A stretch of DNA of 59,021 nt, the filler included, from Circinaria calcarea (Eukaryota): NCBI GenBank assembly GCA_051942165.1. It is 5 parts of 5 records of this genome, joined end to end, with 100 filler letters (N's around TTAATTAATTAA, not from the genome) between each part and the next. Parts side by side here need not be neighbours in the genome. Positions count along the whole stretch, not along the records: positions 1 to 11,731 come from JAVECS010000652.1; 4 more parts are not named here. One strand, 5' to 3'. The translations under genes were made by a program, and so were the position numbers. Under the pieces are notes generated by a model that was not told the DNA's origin, made no database searches, and saw only the letters and a list, made by a program, of their open reading frames with translations. Positions 1-11,831 of the stretch are shown piece by piece. Every line of letters starts with the position of its first letter. The stretch's first letter is position 1.

Positions 1-2835
1 TGCAGAGAGGAGTTGGCGTGACGGAGTTGTTCGGCGTAGGTGGATTTGTCGTAAAACATGTATGCCGGTTCGCTGGGGCGGGTGAGGGGGTTATCGATCG
101 CTAGGCTGAGGGGAGCGTGGGGATATGACTGATTGCGTGCTGGTGCGTTGGTGGAGTCAGTAGACGATTTGTGGGGGCTGGGCGGATTGGAGGTGCTTGT
201 GAGAGAAGAAGGCGTAGTTTGAATAGGTGTGCCAAGACTCTGATTGTAACTTTTGGGACCTATGGCCGGTGATTGTTTAGGAGAAAGGCTTCTTCTATAA
301 TTGCTGACTCGCGCAGAGGGAAAATGCTCGTGGCTGCCGTTACTACGCTCAATAGTTTGGCGCCAGGAGAGGATGCGGTCGGAGGAAGGATAAGTGAGGG
401 AGTCCCTGCGCGAAGACTTACTGTTGCGGGTTACAATGGAGGAGCTGCGGTTCAACATTTTCTTGGAGAAAGTGGAAGACGCATCCCAGCCGTCTGCGCG
501 GAGACGCTTCTTGTGCGCACAATCCTGGCGGAATACTTTGATTTTTCCCAAGTAGTCGGCAGTTATGATAATGTTGCCATCAACATGGCATGAGCGCGCC
601 AGATAAGCTGGGGTCTCTTCGGGCTTCGTAGACTTGGTGGTTGAGTCCGCCACCGGGGGAATTAGGTTACTTTCGTTTCGGCCATCTCCAAGCGGCGCTG
701 AAGAAGACGTGAAGGATTCTGTACGGCTGACTAGCGTCACTGGTGGCGGGTTGCAAATTTCGTACAGCGGATCTCCTGATGATTGCAAGAGCTGCCGAGT
801 CTTGACAGGAGCCATGATGGCATTCGTAACGATTGCCGAATGGGCTTCAAACATTTCCACTGGATGCTTCTCCTTGTCCACATCAGATGCCCCCGAAGTT
901 GACCAGATGTATGCTTTCCGGTCTTCGCTACCGCATATAATGTACCTGGCGTCGTCGCTGAATGTAGCATGGATCTGGCTGCAAGTATTCTGGTTACCTT
1001 TGAGCTTTAATTCCAAACCTTTATCCCGTAAGTTATAGACACGAATTCGGGAATCATTGGAGGTGATGAGCAGCTTCACTTCACCGTTGGGGTCTTGGGG
1101 TGGATAGTTGATCACTTGTATGCCTGTGACCTTGCTGCCTTTGGCATTTTTCCCCCGCGCGCTTTTAACGCTCATTTGGGTAAGGTACTTGAGGCCTTCG
1201 GTATCGTAGAATTGACAAAGCCCATGCAGGCATCCGGCAATGGACGTTTTACCATCAGGGGAAAAGGCAACCGCGGTAATTAAGTCTGGCAGCTGGCTCC
1301 AGTAGGCAACGCTCTTGTCCGGAATGCTCCACAACCGCAATTTCGAGTCCAGAGACCCGGCTAAGAAGAATCGATCATCTCGAGGATGGAATTGTATCGA
1401 GGTAACGAAATCGCTGTGCTTGAAAGAACACAGACACTCACTCCTGCTGATATGCCAGAGTCGTACTGTCTTGTCCATGGAAGACGATAAGAGAAAGTTG
1501 TTCTGGGGTCGTCAGCGGCCGTTGCCAATCAGACTCCTCATAACCAACCTTGCTCCAGCTCAGATCGAGCACCGTTGCAGTATGCCCATCATACTCTTGA
1601 ACCGGCTTCGCTTTGAAGACAGGAGCACTTAATCGAATTCGCTGTCCGTCTTTGGTAGCCACCTCCTCTTCCTTTTCGTGCGCTCGCCGGTCTGCCTCGG
1701 TCGAGAGGACCGCCCAAACCCTCACTAAATGATCATGGCCTCCAGCGGCTAGGAATTTCCCATCCTTCGAAAGTTCTAGCGCCCAAATTGCACTCCCATC
1801 CTTTGGGTTGCCCAATGTATTGGTCGAGGCACCCTTAACGGTTCGTCCACCAGCCTGTGCTATCTCCACGCCTGTTCGGCCCCTTAACTCCTGTGCCAGA
1901 AACACTCGATTGAAATCCTGCTCCCTCTTGCCACGTGACCGTACCTTGATGTACTTTGGTGGGGCAGGGAATTTGGGGATAAATCCAATCGGTTGCGAGA
2001 AGACATCCGCATCTGTCCCCTCTGCTCTCGTGTCTCCCGGCTCAGACTCACTTTCCCGTCCGTCCAGCGCTATGTCCTTCTTTTTCGACCCAATGAAGCG
2101 ACTGAGGAAAGAGACACCCTTCCTGCATGTGTTGTCAGTTTATTCCATCTGCATGCTGCATGCGCATATACGATCGGCACAAGGATGGTCGTTTCAATAG
2201 ACGAACATGCTGTCTGATTAGAGCGTCGAAAAAAGCTTACTTCTTATCTTTGGAAGAGGACTCGAAGGTGTTGGCTCGAGGAGCAATCGGTTCTGAGGGG
2301 GCTCGATTTGGCTGTTCCTCGGATGTCTCCGCCCCCCCTTCACTTGATACGGCAAGCAGCGTCTTCTGAGCAGTTATGTTCTCCGGATGTGTTCGTTCGA
2401 ATATGTGCTTTGTGATTGTGCAAGGTCAGTTGTCTGTGTCAATCCAGCTGTCGATGTAAACGTACCTGACTAAGCGGATCGATTGCGGTTTGCGATTCTC
2501 TCCTCCCTTCACCATTAGCGGTAGGGCCAACGCTCGTTCTCCCATGGCTGTTTGATAGCGTCCGGATAAGCTTGTTGGGGAATATCTTTGCACCCGGTGA
2601 TGGTCTTGCTTCGCTGTGGTGTCAGCAAACTGGATTTACTGGTAGAGCATAGCGGGGTCTAGAGCGCCATCGCCTCTGCTCACTCACTCTCGGCGGCGGA
2701 GGTGGACTTTAGTCGGCTCTCATCGGTGCCAGCAGGGCTGTCTATCGTTGGCAATTGCCCTGGCGGGTTGGCATGGAGGCTGTCGTTGCATGAGGGAGTA
2801 TCGTTTACGAATACCGCCGGTACGACCTCTGTCAT
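1..2835 (-). CDS. WD40-repeat protein, WDR44/Dgr2-like (multi-exon, 3' end runs off window)
   Basis: Spliced reading gives WD repeats: AIWALELSKDGKFLAAGGHDHLVRVW, GHTATVLDLSWSK|NNFLLSSSMDKTVRLW, HSDFVTSIQFHPRDDRFFLAGSLDSKLRLW, LLITSNDSRIRVYNLRDK. GT-AG introns are present (e.g. about 1505-1553). The start ATG at 2835 (MTEVVPAVFVND) is inferred. Confidence 0.85.
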
Positions 2836-4979
2836 TGTACGGAATCAGGACACGATGTTCCAGGGCGCTCAGCTGACTTTGTCGGGAAAGCATCGGCATG
2901 CAGATGCGTGAGGTTGCTTGGGAAGGCCCTGCTGCTTCTGGCTGCTCATGCTGCATGCAGTCCGAAAAAGCCCTCAGAGCTCAGGCAAGCAGGTCGGCAA
3001 ATTCGTCTAGAAATGCACGAAATATTGATTCCGGTGTCATGGATTTGTGCTGGGTGGTGGACGAACTACGGTAGATGATGATTTCATCCACACATGCTTG
3101 GTCAAACACAGTAGCTTTGAATGTCATCCGTGAGTTCCCGGGGAGTTACCCCCCTGGCAATGGCACAAGGCCCAGCCTACTCTCAAGGGGGGAATTCCCC
3201 TACAGACGGGACCCTTTCGAGCAATAGTCTCTATGGAGCCCATGACGCGCAGGTGTGCTCCGTGCTTCCCCGTATATGATACAGATCTTCACAGCAATTA
3301 CCGGTTGCTCCTTATAGGTTGCTCATCCCACAATCCTAGCTATCAAACGTCTTCTATAATTCCTCACTCTATCAACCAAGCAGCTGGGATACCAAGACCA
3401 GACGGCCGAAAGCCCGTCCTACCATGCGGATGCAGTATGAACGACACTGCTCCTGCACATGTACCTCGCCTGGCGGTTTTCGCGACACGGCTTCTATGCA
3501 TATTAATCAGCGGTCATGCTCACCGCCGAAAGGTGTACCTGGCCAATGATTTCGGGAATCATTGGACCGAGAAACGGCGGAAACTGGCTGTGCGACACAT
3601 CAAGAAGGTGGGTATGGGGATTGGAACGGATGTCTAATTTGAGCGCATCTAGAGAGTGAAACGAGTGGGACAGTCAGGGAAGCATGATTGCTGAGGAAGG
3701 GTTGCTTGGAAAGGTGGTGAGCCCCATATACTCCGTAGGAGGGAATGACTGCTCAACGGCCGCAGCTGTAGGTCCACGCAACTAGGCTAATAGGGTTTCG
3801 CATTTCGCATTCGCAGGCTTATGGTAGACGATCGCTGCATGGAGCGACGCGCCGATCCACATCCATCCCATACTGGCAGTACAAAGTCGGGAGGTGTCAC
3901 AGGATAAATCGATATCACGGCCAAGCGCTCCATCGCATGCGCGGAGGAGGCCGACAGTAATTAAGGTTACTCCGTAACAGGCGAGCAAAAGGCCGTTCAT
4001 GCTTACCAGTGGCTTGCATAATAGAGCTGCATGCTGTTCTGGCTCCAGATACGGCCTCATCGCAGTTTCATATACGGAATCTGGTCGATGCCAGCCTGCA
4101 AGTCTTCCTTTTAATCCCGCTGCATCGGGGGAGTGGAGGCTTGTGCTAATGTAGGGTCGTCGATCTTGGGTCCCGAATTGACGCCCGACCAACGAAAGGA
4201 CGACCGGCCCAGTGGTTTCGAGCAGGACGGAGCATATTGGCGAATGGAACTGGCGTATCAGATGGCTTGGTAAGCATAGAAACGGAAATTGTTGTTAGAG
4301 GGTCGACCGCCGGCGTGGGAAAGACAGTCGAGCGGAAGCTTGGGACGCTTGTGCCGTGTGAGGGGCTAAGTAGCTGTAGGCGTTGGAAATCTTGGATGCC
4401 GCGTGCTTAGCTCCACGCTGACTGGACAGACTTCCCCCGTTGAGACCATGGCTAACTCTCGGAATGACTCTCACTTTCTCACCACCGAAACCATTCGCTC
4501 GACTTGCGCGTGGAGAAAAAGTCTCGAGATATAAAAAACCACAACATGGTGTAGGAGGTTTTATTCGTGGATAGATCCTCTGCGCTCTCGAATGTCGCAA
4601 CGACATGCGCTTTCCAAAGCAATTAGCCTAGCCTGACCTGGATGGCCTCACCGAGAATCCTACAAATCCTACACGCTTGCTGACTGCCCCGGACCCTAGT
4701 CTACCTCCAAAAGCTCGAAGCACAAGATGTGAAGATCCACGCTTCGGCCTCACTGCAACCAGTTTCCCGGCCTGGTTCCCCGGCTCAAGAAGGTCGACAG
4801 GGTTCTCCGCGTTACCTTCCGCTTGGGCGCCACCATTTCGGATTCGGATGAATCCACAGTACATGAAGCTGGCGGATGCCAGATGCTTATCGCAACCCTC
4901 AATTGAGATCACTCGTTCCCACAATCCGGTCGCGCGTGAAGTTGCACTGCAATAATGGCAACCTCCGTGGCTTGTTGAA

Positions 4980-5759
4980 ATGCGGCTCGATTGGCACACC
5001 GTCCAGTCAAGCACAGAGCACAGTGCCTTCGCGTTTGTACCGGACATCCCTCCAACTTCGAGCTTTGTATTCCCCAAGGCACAATCACCTACATCGCAAC
5101 GGGATTCGCCAAAGCGGATTCGACCAAGGGCAGACGTTGATGGGGAAGGTTCGGAGGATGCGCAGAATAAGAAAAGAAGGCTCCGGCTAGACTTCATTAC
5201 CTCAAGGCTCAGTCGGCCATACGCATTGCCCACCACCCATATCGCTAGTCGAGGTCAACCTCGAATCGCCATGTGGGCTCGGCAGAAGGCTCCCGGGAAG
5301 AACGTGCTTTACAAGGCAGCCATCATAAACTCGATAAAGAAGAAAAGCTCGCCTAAGAAGAAAACGGAGAGCAAGGGTTCGACAGGTGCCACAAATGTCT
5401 ACGGTGAAGACGGAGGCGCCCACAGAACGATTTGCGAAGGCAGCGATGCGGTAAAGAGGCCTCGAGAAATGTCTGATGTACAATCCGCTCAACAGAGCCA
5501 TGGACAAACCCACTCCACACCCGTGGGACTCTCGAATTACGACGCGCTTGATCAAGAAGATCGCTATGACGATCTGTACCAGGACGATGAATCTGATTGC
5601 GAGTCAGTGTACAGCGATTTCAGCTATCGTGACATTGCAGATGATCAGTCTGATGACTATGATTTCTTGACGTCTCCCAGTCACACCACCAGCAGATATC
5701 TTCCTCGATCACCATCAATGGAGGAAGTCAACGAGCTAGTTAAGGATGACGACAAATAA
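4980..5759 (+). CDS. Fungal hypothetical protein, probably nuclear
   Basis: 259-aa ORF with a basic NLS-like block KRIRPR...KKRRLRLDFITSRLSRPYALPTTHI and an acidic C-terminal part (GLSNYDALDQED...VYSDFS). It resembles a conserved Pezizomycotina unknown family from memory only. Confidence 0.7.
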   Translation: MRLDWHTVQSSTEHSAFAFVPDIPPTSSFVFPKAQSPTSQRDSPKRIRPRADVDGEGSEDAQNKKRRLRLDFITSRLSRPYALPTTHIASRGQPRIAMWARQKAPGKNVLYKAAIINSIKKKSSPKKKTESKGSTGATNVYGEDGGAHRTICEGSDAVKRPREMSDVQSAQQSHGQTHSTPVGLSNYDALDQEDRYDDLYQDDESDCESVYSDFSYRDIADDQSDDYDFLTSPSHTTSRYLPRSPSMEEVNELVKDDDK

Positions 5760-5930
5760 AAGCGAGAGCCGGCTATTCGGCTCTAGCTCCATTTCTATGG
5801 CGAACAGTTTGGTGTTGTTGCCTGGTTCATTAGTATATGCGTATGATACCATGGGTACAATCAAAGAGCGGACATTCGGAGTTTGGGCTATTATCGGAGT
5901 TGGTAGTCGTTGACATGTTAAAAATTCGGT

Positions 5931-6590
5931 CTACGGACTTTGTTTGGCTTTGGCAGCTCGATCAGCCGCGATGTCGCATATGGCCTTGGGTTGATTCAGC
6001 ATCTGGTTGAGTATGGCCCGGAGTGGGAAAAAAGGGGGTGCAAACCTTAGTAGCCTCAGTTCTTTCGAGTCGAATGTTTGCTCTTTCAATGCGGGCTCGC
6101 ATGTCTTTGATGATGGTGCCCCTATCTCTCCCATTGACAAAGACGCTATGTTCACGGTGTCATTCATCGTCGAAGACTTTACGTGATTGGTGACATACAC
6201 ATATCTTAGCCCTGCAAACGTCGCCTCATACTCATCGTTCAATGCCATTAGCTCCGATTCGGTGGAGGTCCCTCCATCCTTTAATTGGGCTTGTTCCGCT
6301 TTGCTGTGCACACTATCAACCTGCTTCTCCCCCAGCCTCGGATGAGCCCCTAATATCCTATCCAGCCATTCCGTGTCACTTTTCGACTGCGATTCGGCCA
6401 GCTCAGTAAGAAGTACTCCAATACTAGCGATCATATCATTGTAAGATGGAAAGACTTGGCGTTGGAGGTAAGCCACCGCAAGGGTGTGAAGTTGCGTGCA
6501 TGGTTCAAAGAGCATGTCGAGAATAGCTGCACGTTCGGAAGCAGTAAGCTGTGGCACAGATGAAATAGGTGGTAAGCTATAGGATGTCAT
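5931..6590 (-). CDS. OHCU decarboxylase (uric acid degradation), 3 exons
   Basis: Motifs LGAHPRLG, S..EQAQL, LNDEYEATFAGLRYV|VFVNGR and CDIAADRA. Introns 6146-6198 and 5985-6045 have GT..AG ends. Confidence 0.88.
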   Translation of the reverse strand: MTSYSLPPISSVPQLTASERAAILDMLFEPCTQLHTLAVAYLQRQVFPSYNDMIASIGVLLTELAESQSKSDTEWLDRILGAHPRLGEKQVDSVHSKAEQAQLKDGGTSTESELMALNDEYEATFAGLRYVYVTNHVKSSTMNDTVNIASLSMGEIGAPSSKTCEPALKEQTFDSKELRLLRFAPPFFPLRAILNQMLNQPKAICDIAADRAAKAKQSP

Positions 6591-7183
6591 TGTGTAAGAA
6601 TGTCGTTGTTTGTTCTTTTGTGATTTCCATGCGCCTGCTAGATATGCTCAAAGATCCGAAGCGGTCCGAAGATATTCAATTAACTGCTTTGTCCTTTGAC
6701 ACGTTATCCAAGAAGGTCTCTACCAAAAGTACCCAGCACATGGCAATACTGTTCCTATCATCGAGCGATAAGGCCCCGTCCACTACCATAGCGTCTCGCT
6801 ACGCCGGGTGGATTCGTCCCGCGTCCGAAGGTACCTTGCATATCCACGTTCAGAGCGGACCACTCTACCTGACGCACATATCTGTGAGCCAAGAGTACTT
6901 TACGAAAGGTCAACCAGAGCAGAGCTACTTCATGTTCTGGCGAGAAGAACAGTACTATTTGAAGCAGGTCGGAACGGTGGATTGCGCTCTTATGGACTCG
7001 TGCGCTGCCAATTGAGGCGCCTGAGTGCAGCCATTGGCCCGTTTCTGCCTTGATCGACCTACTCCCCTGAATGCGGATTGTACGCCAATTGCCCTCAAGG
7101 GATGCTTGAAAATCTTCGTCAACTCACGGGCCTGAATCCGCAGGGAAGTCAGAAAGAGTATACGAGGCTTCTCAACAGAAATC

Positions 7184-10100
7184 ATGTCACTTAACGGACT
7201 CGAGGCCGAGAACATCAACGCAGCATACCAAGCAGTTCTGGGACAACCAGGCGGCTGGTTTTTACTTCGATATCTGTCGCGAGATGAGGTCCACCTCTTC
7301 AAGGAAGGAACCGGAGGATTCGCTCAAGCCAAAGACGCTGTCTCGGAATATGAGGACAAATCCCCGTTATATGGCCTCACTGAGTATAAAGGGAGGAAAG
7401 TTCTACTGAAATACATGCCAGATGGAACATCACGGTTGTTACAAGGTAACTAAGATCAAAGCACCCGTTAAGCATTATTACACATCAACTAACCGTCAAC
7501 AAATCAGTGCGTGTTGCTGTCCACCTACCAGCCATCATTGAAAGATTCCCGCATGATGCCATCCTTCACTTCATTAACCCATCGGAGTTGAATAAATCGA
7601 CACTCAGTTCGCTACTTTCATTACCCACAGCTACTGCGTCTATGAGATCATCAGATGACTCCTTGAGACAAAGATACCTTGGAAAAGTCGCCAAAGAGCC
7701 AGGTGAAATCCACGAGCAGTCGACAACAACTTTCAGCAATCAGGCCGCTGCAGTATCCTCACAGCCGCGTAATGAATCGGATAGCTCTGTGGTAGCCTTC
7801 AATGCAGACGCACTTTGCCTAGAAGACCGCACTTGCACCTCAACGGCATATCGAGATTTCGACACAATATTACCGCCGATACCAAGCGATGCCACATCTA
7901 CCATCGCAAAGGAGTTTGACGACCGCCCACTTGGTGGCAGATTGAGCACTGAGCGGCGTCCATCTTCACAATCAGCTAGACCCTTGACAGAAGATTCCGA
8001 CGGGGGATATGGCTACAGACCTAGAGTCAAACTTGGCCCTCGCCCCTCTCTTGATTACGATAGTAGACCAAACACTACTGCTTCACGTTTCCATCGGAGT
8101 GACTCCCGTCCCGTCGCCGTATTACCAGCTGGCGTGCGTATGACATCACGGAAACCAGTTCCTGTTGCGCATCAAGTTCAATCTGTGCCTAAGCACATAG
8201 AATCCAGCAACTGTTCCGCCTTACCAGCAGTCTTATCAAGTTCAACTCCCCATTTGAAGAAACCCGCACCGAAAGCTGGTAACACTGCTAGTATGCCTTC
8301 ATTTACGCCTCCGTCTGAATCAAAGCAACGCTCGACAACGTTGGAAAGGCAACGATTGATGAAGGCATTACAGATGCGACAGAGACAGATGGCCAAGCGC
8401 ATATCGGAGGATAACCACTCAAAACTCCCAGAGCCAACTGTTGAAGAAGACTTGAATGGGAAATCGGCAGATGATGAATCTGTACTGGTTGTCATGGGTG
8501 ATACCCCTTTGGCTGAGGATGAATCCGACATTATGCATCTTGTTACAAAAGATCTTGAAGATATGTCGGATGTACATTTCAAGGCATCCCCTATCTCAAT
8601 TCCAGAGCCCTCGGAAGGACCTTCTACTCAAACTTCCTCGATAGCGGATGCAGAAGAGCCTAATGTGGATGAGTCGTCTTCACCCAATATAGTTACTCAT
8701 GGACCAGTCGATTACACCCAAGAGTTAGCGTCTCCGCATGTTGAAATAGCGGACATACCAGTATTGCCTGATCAAAAGCCCGTGAACAAAGAGTTCGACT
8801 TAGCTTCAGACACCGGTCGACTGATTAGTGAACTGAAGACATCACCTGAAGCAGTTCCGCACGACCACCCTTCGTCGCCGGTTGACGAAGACACGGAACT
8901 TATATTTAATCCTCCTCATGAAGACAAGCAAGAGCATCCGGAGAGCCCAACCTCCATTCTAGTCTGCGAGACTAATCATCTATGTGCAAAACCTCGGTTC
9001 CTAAGCCATCTAACGGATGAAGATGGGCAAGTCCCAAGGATAAGACAATCAACCGCGGATACAACCGAGCTAAACATTACGGATTATCATAATAGGAAGC
9101 GTGGCATGATTGATCCCATACGAGTTGTAACAAATACGGAGCACTCCGATGATATCTTCCTCTCGGATGATTCTTTCATGGAGGAGCTTCAGAGTGCAAC
9201 TGTCCAGGAAGCTAAGCCGATGTCTGTGTCAAGGTCCCCTATTACCCCTGTTTTCCCGAAACCACCGAGGTCTGTGAGTGAGGCATCGAAGCTTTCCCAG
9301 ACAGCCTCCCATCCTCAAGCCGAAATCAGGGATCAAGAAAAAGCCCTCCTAAGTCCAGACCGCACGACCTACAGTTCCCACGATCAAAACTTATCCCACG
9401 AACAAGATCGTCTGCGTCTAGGGCAAAAAGACTTTAGTTCTCCAGATGACGACGTAGTACAAGACCATAGTATACTAATTCCAAAGACAGCTCCGCTAAA
9501 CCCTCATCAGAATGGTGTTCGAGGGTTGCCAAAGGCATTTGCTTCTTCTAGGGCTACCTCAAATCCTCTTGACTCTCAACCCCTACACTTGGAAATCCAG
9601 ATTTCTCCTAGAGCTACTAAATCTGCTTCGCGCAGATCTCTTTCAATTTCTCCCACACCAAAAGGTAAATTAGAAAATACGCCGGCGCCATTATCGAAGA
9701 AATTGGGCGTATCGACGGGAATATCGCAGAGGATCAAGGCTCTTGAGAAATTCACAGCGAGCGCGGACTCCCAGTCTTCTCCGCTCGCATCGCCTGTTGT
9801 TTCTCCATCATTTGTGTCTAGTCGCAAAACCTCTATTGGGACTTCGCCGGTTGCGTCAATTATTCCAGTAGGCAACGGTTGGAGCTTCCGCAGGAGGTTC
9901 CCATATCCTACGCCATCACCCTCCCCAAACACTAATACATTCGACCAAGGATCTAGTTTTCAGACTACACCAGGGAGCAGCGCCTCTACAAGGACGTCAC
10001 CAACATCGGTCACTGTCACGGCCAGAATTATACGAGATGTACCAGACCAAAATCCTGGTATTCCACTTGATCCTTCCGAGCCAGTACCGACGAATCTTCA

Positions 10101-11078
10101 TCACAGTCCTCTTATTGTCGAACATCAATCATCAGCCCAAGGATCCATGTTGTCACCCACGAAACTAAAGAAACCGAGACCGAGCAGTGTTGCATCTAAT
10201 CTATCTACAAGCGGTGATCCGAAGCGCGAAGCCCTTGTAGGGATGCGACGTGAGTCTTACGCAAGTGGACGCTCAACTTCGAGTCGTAGAGGGAGCGATG
10301 CCAATGCTGGAGCTACGCTAAGTGATGAGTCGTCAAATGGCGTTGATGGATCCGAAGGGTCGAAGGAGGAGAAAAGGGAATCTAAAAGGAATCGACTGTT
10401 CAGGCGAATGTCATCCATGTCGTCAGCGTCCCGCCGTAGTATTGTGCACGCTCTTAGTCCAACTGTGAAAGAAGAAGAACCCACGACTAGACGAAAACAA
10501 GGCAACATATCGGAAACTTTACCGTCCACGGTATATATCGGGGATGTCAACATACAGTTCCCCGATACTTTGGTATACATTCCAGGGACATCTTTCTGAA
10601 TCTAAGCGGCTAATTAATGGTTTAGCTGTGGAAGAGGCGTTGCATGAAAATCGACGACCAAGGATATCTGATTTTGGCGCCCTCAAAGGCCGACGATGTA
10701 TGGGCTCGGTCCCTCTTCACGCGCGTTCTGCTAACTTAGATCCCTGGCAGCATTCAAGAGTGTCAACTAAGCGTTATCACCTGTCCGACTTTCGACCACC
10801 ATACATTCCTGACCAAGACCGGCAAGAATTGCCAAATAGTGGGCCACTCATCAATTTCGGTTAGCGAGCAAGTTCTAACATTCACCTAGGCGTGATACTC
10901 GATTTTAACGATAGCAGTACACTCCAATGTGCTGCCGAGAATCACAGTGGTCAAGCCAAGGTCATGACAGGTAATTTCTGCTGTTAGGAATAGGACTGAT
11001 GGAAATGACTAACGAGTTCCGTCCCTCTCAGCACTTCTCGACGCCCACCGAGCCTACCACGCTCTGTACAACCGCTAA
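7184..11078 (+). CDS. Large protein with N-terminal ADF-H/cofilin-like domain, long S/P-rich disordered middle and C-terminal PH-like domain
   Basis: Exon 1 (MSLNGLEAENINAAYQAVL...GWFLLRY...SPLYGLTEYKGRKVLLKYMPDGTSRLLQ) splices into the 1030-aa ORF. Small terminal exons give GDVNIQFPDTL|LWKRRCMKIDDQGYLILAPS...RYHLSDFRPPYIPDQDRQELPN|SVILDFNDSSTLQCAAE...ALLDAHRAYHALYNR*. Confidence 0.8.
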
Positions 11079-11731
11079 GGCAATCGTTACTCAAGTGGTC
11101 TATTGACTAGACAGTCTAGAATTGACTAAACGAGGAAGTTTTAAGGCGCAAATTGCAACTTACTTACCTCCGAACTGTCTAGTGTACAAAATGGACGCCG
11201 CTGTCCCGTTCTCTTCAGCATCTTTATCAAAACATAGTTTTCAGAAACATGATCTCCACGAATTCTAACGAGCAAAAGTTTCCGATACTATTCCCAGGCG
11301 GTATTTTCCCCAAATGGACAGGCAGGAATAAGTTTATCGCCTTGTTCCTTGACGAGAGAGGGGGAATTCCCAGGAAAGAGGGATTCGGAGTGTTGGCTAG
11401 ATACCAGAGTGGATGTGTGATACCTTACGTCTTGAAAAAATCAGGTCGAATTTAAGGACCCCCTCGAGGAGGGAGGAGGAGGGGACTTTCTCCGGGACGG
11501 CGATGTTTGTACGCGAATTCAAACCAAAACTGGATAGTTGTGATTGTAATCTAGTCCCATGAACCCACGATCCGTAGTACCAATAAATGGAAACGATGAC
11601 GGATTTTGTTCAAGCCACACAAAAAGAGTTCTTCGTCTTCGCTGTTTTCGCCTGATCATTGAAAATCTCGTCGGTCGTAGGAGTGCGTAGATTGATGTTC
11701 TTTGATCGTGCGGCTGGTGTAGGAATTTCTT

Positions 11732-11831
11732 NNNNNNNNNNNNNNNNNNNNNNNNNNNNNNNNNNNNNNNNNNNNTTAATTAATTAANNNNNNNNNNNNN
11801 NNNNNNNNNNNNNNNNNNNNNNNNNNNNNNN
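11732..11831. other. Artificial contig linker (N44-TTAATTAATTAA-N44)
   Basis: Exactly 100 bp; the palindromic 12-mer has stop codons in all six frames; the same linker occurs four times. Confidence 0.99.

Noticed and set aside
3233..4606. Short ORFs between the WD40 gene and the 4980 gene
   Set aside because: No recognisable motifs or splice-consistent model; probably divergent promoter/UTR DNA.
5931..6590. Unspliced 219-aa OHCU decarboxylase ORF as a real isoform
   Set aside because: The two introns (53 + 61 nt) sum to a multiple of 3 by chance. The conserved VFVNGR motif appears only after splicing.
11600..11731. Continuation of the CAMK kinase C-terminus across the first linker
   Set aside because: The segments are independent size-sorted contigs, so there is no evidence of continuity.
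11776..11787. TTAATTAATTAA recurring every ~11.8 kb as a biological periodic repeat
   Set aside because: Always embedded in N44 flanks; it is an artificial six-frame-stop linker.
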